A DNA stretch of 64,000 nucleotides, taken from assembly GCA_963737905.1 (NCBI GenBank), contig CAVTUQ010000002.1, positions 1 to 64,000 on the forward strand. Direction: 5' to 3'. The position numbers and the translations under genes were made by a program. Origin of the DNA: an uncultured delta proteobacterium. GTDB lineage: Bacteria > Desulfobacterota > Binatia > UBA9968. How positions within the stretch are numbered: position 1 is the stretch's first letter; each line of letters starts with the position of its first letter. The notes below the pieces were generated by a model. It had not been told where the DNA came from and made no database searches. It saw only the letters and a list, made by a program, of their open reading frames with translations. This document shows positions 59,501 to 64,000 of the stretch, in pieces.

Positions 59501-61573
59501 ATGATCACGCGCTTTGTCATTCAAAGAAGAGAACGGTTCGCCGGTGGTTACGAATTCCCCGTCACGGGTGCTTACGAAAAGCTCGTCGGTAAGGTTTACG
59601 GCGAGGTCGATCCGAGAAATCGGTTGGATAGAGTCATCGTCAACCTGGATGAGGCACCGCGAAACAGGCGAGGCAGAGTCGAGTACTGGAGCGACTTCTG
59701 CATCCTGAAACCCGTGGACATGGCCCGGGGCAACGGCAAGATTTTCTTTGATGCGCCTAACCGCGGTAGCAAACGCATCGTTAGTTTTCTCAACGATGCG
59801 CCTGCGACCAACGATCCCAGTACCCTCGAAGATGCCGGCAACGGCTTTCTCATGCGGCAGGGCTACACCGTCGTCTGGTGCGGCTGGCAGGGCGATCTGA
59901 TGCCACAAGAGAATTGGCTGGTGATGAAAGTACCCGTCGCGACCCATAACGGCAAAGATATCGTTCGCCAAGTCCGCACCGAGATCGTCGTCGAGAAAAA
60001 GGGAATCAAATCCCAGCCCCTCAGCGGCGACGAGCGCGTCAAGAGTTACGAAGCGGCGTCGCGCGACAAGACCCAAGCTTTACTCACGGTGCGGGAAAAA
60101 TCTTACGGACAACGAATTCCCATTCCAACTTCCGAATGGGAATTCGCCTCGTGCCTAAAGGATTCGCGCACAGGCAGAGAAACATTCAATGCGAGCAGCG
60201 AAGAACTCTATCTTCGCTCAGGCTTCACACCAGGCGCAATCTACGAGTTCATCTATCCGGCAAAGAAGCCTTTGGTCCTTGGCTTGGGCTTTGCCGTCGT
60301 GCGCGATCTGGTTTCCTTTCTTCGCTACGCTTCGAAGGACGCTGCAGGCACGCCGAATCCTTTGACTATAGCCCAGCAAGGCCGCAAACCTACACAGTCC
60401 CGATTCGCGGGATCCACTCTTTCGTTCTCCCCCCGCCTCGGGGGGAGGCAAAGAGGGGGGCCCGCCACCGAAATTCGACACGCCTACGGCTGGGGCCGCT
60501 CACAAAGCGGCCGATTTCTCCGGGACTTTGTCTATCACGGTTTCAATAAAGACGAGAGCCACCGCAAAGTATTCGATGCCATCGCTCCCCACGTCGCCGG
60601 CGGCGGCCGGTTATTTCTAAATTACGAATTCGCCCGTCCGGTCACATCTTCGCAGCAGCACACCAACCAGCTTGAGCCTGAGCTCTTCCCCCACGCCTAC
60701 AATATTCTAAAGGATGCACAGACCGGTCGACGAGATGGCATACTGAAACGGCCGAACACCGACCCTTATGTTTTTCACACGCAGACTTCCACGGAGTACT
60801 GGCAAAAGCGTGGCTGTCTCGCACACACGGACGGCAAAGGAGACGATGTTACACTCCCAGAGAAGGTGCGCATCTACGTTATCGCCAGCGCGCAACACAA
60901 CAGCCCGTTTGGCTCGGAGCCGGTGAAAGAAGATACTCAGCAACTTGTGAATCCGTTACCCGCAGGCGACGTGTTACGCGCGCTTATGGTTGCGCTGGAT
61001 CTGTGGGTCACCCAGGGAGTTTCGCCACCGCCGAGTCAGTACCCGAGAGTGGCAGATGGAACTCTGGTGCGACCTGATCGAAACTCGACACGCTTTCCCA
61101 AAATCCCCGGCGTGCGTTACCAAGGCCTACATAACCGACAGCTTTTCTTGGAGTATGGACCGCGCATTCATCGCGGGCGGATGGACGTCCATCCGCCCAG
61201 GCACCTCGGCAACGGCGCCTACACGATTCTGGTGCCCAAAGTCGATCGCGACGGCAACGATCTCGCGGGGATTCGTTTGCCTGCAGTCCAAGTTCCCATC
61301 GGCACGTACACAGGCTGGAACCTTCAACCGCGCCGTCTAGCCGAAGACGAGATGAGCGGCCTCCTCGGCTCCTTTATTCCTTTCGCAAAAACGAAAGCCG
61401 AACGAAGCAAACGGCGTGATCCGCGTTTGTCATTGAAGGAGCGATACAAGAGCCATAGCGACTACGTTAAGAAAATTAGCCATGCCGCAAGAATACTGGT
61501 GGATCAACGCTATTTGCTGCTAGACGATGCCCAGCGAATGATCGATGAGGCAAAGAAAAGACGCGTTCCGTAG
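59501..61573 (+). CDS. Alpha/beta-hydrolase domain protein (tannase/3HB-oligomer hydrolase-like)
   Basis: GWGRSQSGR nucleophile elbow, PNRG, GWQGD, TEYWQ, VDRDGN..GIRLP, DPRLSL.ERY. Confidence 0.85.
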   Translation: MITRFVIQRRERFAGGYEFPVTGAYEKLVGKVYGEVDPRNRLDRVIVNLDEAPRNRRGRVEYWSDFCILKPVDMARGNGKIFFDAPNRGSKRIVSFLNDAPATNDPSTLEDAGNGFLMRQGYTVVWCGWQGDLMPQENWLVMKVPVATHNGKDIVRQVRTEIVVEKKGIKSQPLSGDERVKSYEAASRDKTQALLTVREKSYGQRIPIPTSEWEFASCLKDSRTGRETFNASSEELYLRSGFTPGAIYEFIYPAKKPLVLGLGFAVVRDLVSFLRYASKDAAGTPNPLTIAQQGRKPTQSRFAGSTLSFSPRLGGRQRGGPATEIRHAYGWGRSQSGRFLRDFVYHGFNKDESHRKVFDAIAPHVAGGGRLFLNYEFARPVTSSQQHTNQLEPELFPHAYNILKDAQTGRRDGILKRPNTDPYVFHTQTSTEYWQKRGCLAHTDGKGDDVTLPEKVRIYVIASAQHNSPFGSEPVKEDTQQLVNPLPAGDVLRALMVALDLWVTQGVSPPPSQYPRVADGTLVRPDRNSTRFPKIPGVRYQGLHNRQLFLEYGPRIHRGRMDVHPPRHLGNGAYTILVPKVDRDGNDLAGIRLPAVQVPIGTYTGWNLQPRRLAEDEMSGLLGSFIPFAKTKAERSKRRDPRLSLKERYKSHSDYVKKISHAARILVDQRYLLLDDAQRMIDEAKKRRVP
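60413..60462. repeat. GC-rich REP-like palindrome inside the hydrolase CDS
   Basis: CTCTTTCGTTCTCCCCCCG-CCT-CGGGGGGAGGCAAAGAG hairpin read in frame as STLSFSPRLGGRQRGG. Confidence 0.55.
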
Positions 61574-61672
61574 AATCAGTGCCCAATCGCGCTAGGTAAT
61601 GAGACGATAGGATCTACTAATCGATCCCAAGAAAAAGTAGTCGACGCATCCTCAACAGACATTGGATGATGA

Positions 61673-62428
61673 ATGGCCAAAGCAAGCCGGTTCCGTTACA
61701 CGACTTTAGGACGAGAATCGATGCTGTTACTGCTTACCTTGGCAGCCGCCAGCGTCGACGCGATAAGCTATCTGGGATTAGGGCATGTCTTTACGGCAAT
61801 GATGACCGGGAACACAGTCTTGCTCGGGTTGGCTCTGGCCCAGGGAGAATTGCTGGCGGCTCTGCGAAATATCCTCGCTTTAATCGGCTTCGCTATTGGT
61901 GTTTTTGTCGGCGCGATCATTGTCGAGCGCGAGTCTTACCCGGAAGAATGGCCAGCCGCTGTAACCGCCGCTCTCGCTTGTGAAACTATTATACTCGCCA
62001 TTTTGGCCGCAAACTTCACACTGTTGGACAGCATCCATGGGGGAATGATCTTTTTGCTGATTGCTCTGTCGGCTTTCGCCATGGGCGTTCAATCGGCGGC
62101 GGTGCGTCGTCTCGGCGTTCCGGGAATCGCCACAACCTACATCACCGGGACATTAACGAGTCTGATGGTGGACCTCTTGGGCTGGCTCCGTTTTATCGCC
62201 GCGCAACTCCCCGTCTCAAAACCCGCCGAACGCAGCGACCTTGAAAGGATCCCTTGGGATCAGCGTGTGGGTCTTCTGGCGGGCGTGATTATTCTGTATT
62301 GCCTTGGCGCGCTGATCGGTGCCGTTCTACAATTGTATTCCGCACCCCTCGCGCCCCTATTCCCGTTGGGCGCCGTGATGCTGGTCGTGATTAATGCCGC
62401 CATTCGCCAGCGGCACCGACAACTTTGA
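61673..62428 (+). CDS. YoaK/DUF1275 family membrane protein
   Basis: VDAISYL, FTAMMTGNT, AMGVQ, TTYITGTL. Confidence 0.9.
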   Translation: MAKASRFRYTTLGRESMLLLLTLAAASVDAISYLGLGHVFTAMMTGNTVLLGLALAQGELLAALRNILALIGFAIGVFVGAIIVERESYPEEWPAAVTAALACETIILAILAANFTLLDSIHGGMIFLLIALSAFAMGVQSAAVRRLGVPGIATTYITGTLTSLMVDLLGWLRFIAAQLPVSKPAERSDLERIPWDQRVGLLAGVIILYCLGALIGAVLQLYSAPLAPLFPLGAVMLVVINAAIRQRHRQL

Positions 62429-62432
62429 AACC

Positions 62433-63437
62433 TTATCGCTGTTCGTAAAGTTTCCTGATGAAACCGCTCTTGTCGAGTTCGGCAATGAAGCTCGGATCCA
62501 TGAACTCTTCGGGCTTATGGTTCCGGATTTCCGGCCTCGTCAACGCCACGTAGTCGTAGGTGGCCTCTAAGCCCTTCATGATCGGATAAGGTACGGAGAT
62601 GAAATCCTGCTTGTAGAAAGCATACGAGCCTTCCAAAAATTCCGGATCGGTGGTTTTTACGTACTTGGTCAGGACCTTCAGGCTGAATTCTTTGTTTTGT
62701 TTGAAAAAGGCAATGCCTTCTACATGCGAGCGCACAAACCGCATGACCGTGTCGCGGTCTTCCTGGATAGTCTTTCGCCGCGTGACGATGGATGTCGTGG
62801 GATAAACAACCTCTTTCCTAGCGTCGATTAAAAGTCGGTAGCCCTTCCGCTCCGCCTGCACGTCTGCGGGATATGTCACGTCCGCTCCGTCAATAGCGCC
62901 GGTTAGCAGAGCTTGCAGCCGCTCGGTATTGGTCCCGATGGAGAGCCAGGTTATTTCCCGGTTTGGGTCAACACCATACTTTCGAATAATATATTTAAAG
63001 AGAAAATCACCCAGAGAACCTAGACTTGAGGTCGCGAGCCTCTTGCCCCGAAGATCTTCGGGTTTGCGGATTTCCGGTCTCACCAGCAGCTTGTTGCTAG
63101 GAGACGCAATCGTATGGGCAACGTTGACCATGTCCGCACCGGTGAGATTGGCTAACATCACCTGGGGAAGTGCCACCGGCGCGGCGAACAGACTGCCGCC
63201 AAGCAATGCCTGCGAGGTTTGCCCCGAGCCTCGAAGCAAGATGGGTTCGACACTGAGCCCGTTTTTCTCGTAGATCTTCGCCTCTTTCGCGAGCCAGGGA
63301 ATCCACATGGAGGCAGACAACGTGGTCACGCCCCAGTTGAGCTTTTTTAGAGGTCGATCCTGGGCCAGGCTATTCAAGCTAAGACCAAGAATGAAAATGA
63401 CTAACACCAACAAACTTCGCGCGACCCGTGCCTTCAT
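62433..63437 (-). CDS. NitT/TauT (SsuA/THI5-like) ABC substrate-binding protein
   Basis: Signal peptide, YEKNGL, DLRGKR, C-terminal PEEFMDPSFIAELDKSGFI. Confidence 0.88.
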   Translation of the reverse strand: MKARVARSLLVLVIFILGLSLNSLAQDRPLKKLNWGVTTLSASMWIPWLAKEAKIYEKNGLSVEPILLRGSGQTSQALLGGSLFAAPVALPQVMLANLTGADMVNVAHTIASPSNKLLVRPEIRKPEDLRGKRLATSSLGSLGDFLFKYIIRKYGVDPNREITWLSIGTNTERLQALLTGAIDGADVTYPADVQAERKGYRLLIDARKEVVYPTTSIVTRRKTIQEDRDTVMRFVRSHVEGIAFFKQNKEFSLKVLTKYVKTTDPEFLEGSYAFYKQDFISVPYPIMKGLEATYDYVALTRPEIRNHKPEEFMDPSFIAELDKSGFIRKLYEQR

Positions 63438-63479
63438 GGTTTTCTTGTTCCGCCTCCCGACTTTTCCCTCAAGCCTTCG

Positions 63480-64000
63480 CTATTTTTGCTCGTACAGTTT
63501 TTTGATAAACCCGCTTTTATCCAACTCGGCGATGAAGCTCGGGTCCATGAACTCTTCGGGCTTGCGGCCGCGGATCTCCGGTTTTGTTGTCGCTACATAG
63601 TCGTAAGTGGCCTCCAGCCCTTTCATAATCGGGTAGGGAACGGATATGAAATCCTGCCTAAAAATTTCGTACGAACCCTCCAAGAGTTCCTGATCGTTGG
63701 TTCTTAAATATTTGCTTAGAACTTTCATGCTGAATTCTTTGTGGGTCTTGAAATAGGCGATGCCTTCGACATGGGATTTGAGCATGCGCATCACCGTGTC
63801 GCGATCGTCCTGGACGTTCTTCCGCCGTGTAACCACCGACATCGAAGGATAGACGACCTCTTTCCTAGCATCGAAGAGAACTCGATATCCCATTCGCTGC
63901 GCCTGAGCGTCAGTCGGATAAGATAGGTCTGCGGCATCGACCGCACCTGATGAGAGGGCCTGGAGCCGCTCCGGCGGTGTTCCGATCGAAAGCCAAATGA
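63480..64000 (-). CDS. NitT/TauT ABC substrate-binding protein, 5' part off the window
   Basis: C-terminal half closely similar to the 62433-63437 paralog. Confidence 0.85.
   Translation of the reverse strand, partial: IWLSIGTPPERLQALSSGAVDAADLSYPTDAQAQRMGYRVLFDARKEVVYPSMSVVTRRKNVQDDRDTVMRMLKSHVEGIAYFKTHKEFSMKVLSKYLRTNDQELLEGSYEIFRQDFISVPYPIMKGLEATYDYVATTKPEIRGRKPEEFMDPSFIAELDKSGFIKKLYEQK

Overview
64 kb of GC-rich bacterial chromosome. Gene content and the tandem expansions of ABC substrate-binding proteins suggest a deltaproteobacteria-like soil lineage such as Ca. Binatota (inference, not verified). From left to right it holds: (i) a sphingolipid/ceramide-type operon (fatty acyl-AMP ligase, NAD(P)-dependent reductase, ACP, serine palmitoyltransferase, ABC exporter); (ii) a ~3.4 kb accessory islet ending at smpB, with a sulfotransferase relic, a lone receiver protein, small ORFs and a signal-peptide-bearing proteasome-beta/HslV-fold protein; (iii) housekeeping genes (smpB, panBC with a pan-type attenuator, nagZ, gshA, mtnA, acpS, livK, ddl); (iv) a dcw cell-division cluster with a STAS gene inserted between mraZ and rsmH and a clear sigma70 promoter with MraZ boxes; (v) rnpB-rnhA-zinc ribbon, an M48 peptidase, mgtE, a rhomboid protease, livHMGF and yihY; (vi) an accessory transport/catabolism block (tandem SBPs, VOC protein, orphan Mo-hydroxylase large subunit, alpha/beta hydrolase). 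Single-base frameshifts in essential genes (acpS, murG) and in livF and one SBP point to consensus indel errors. The best candidate novelty is an exported Ntn/proteasome-like protein whose catalytic Thr1 would be unmasked by signal peptidase. All assignments come from reading the sequence and recalled family motifs; no searches were run.
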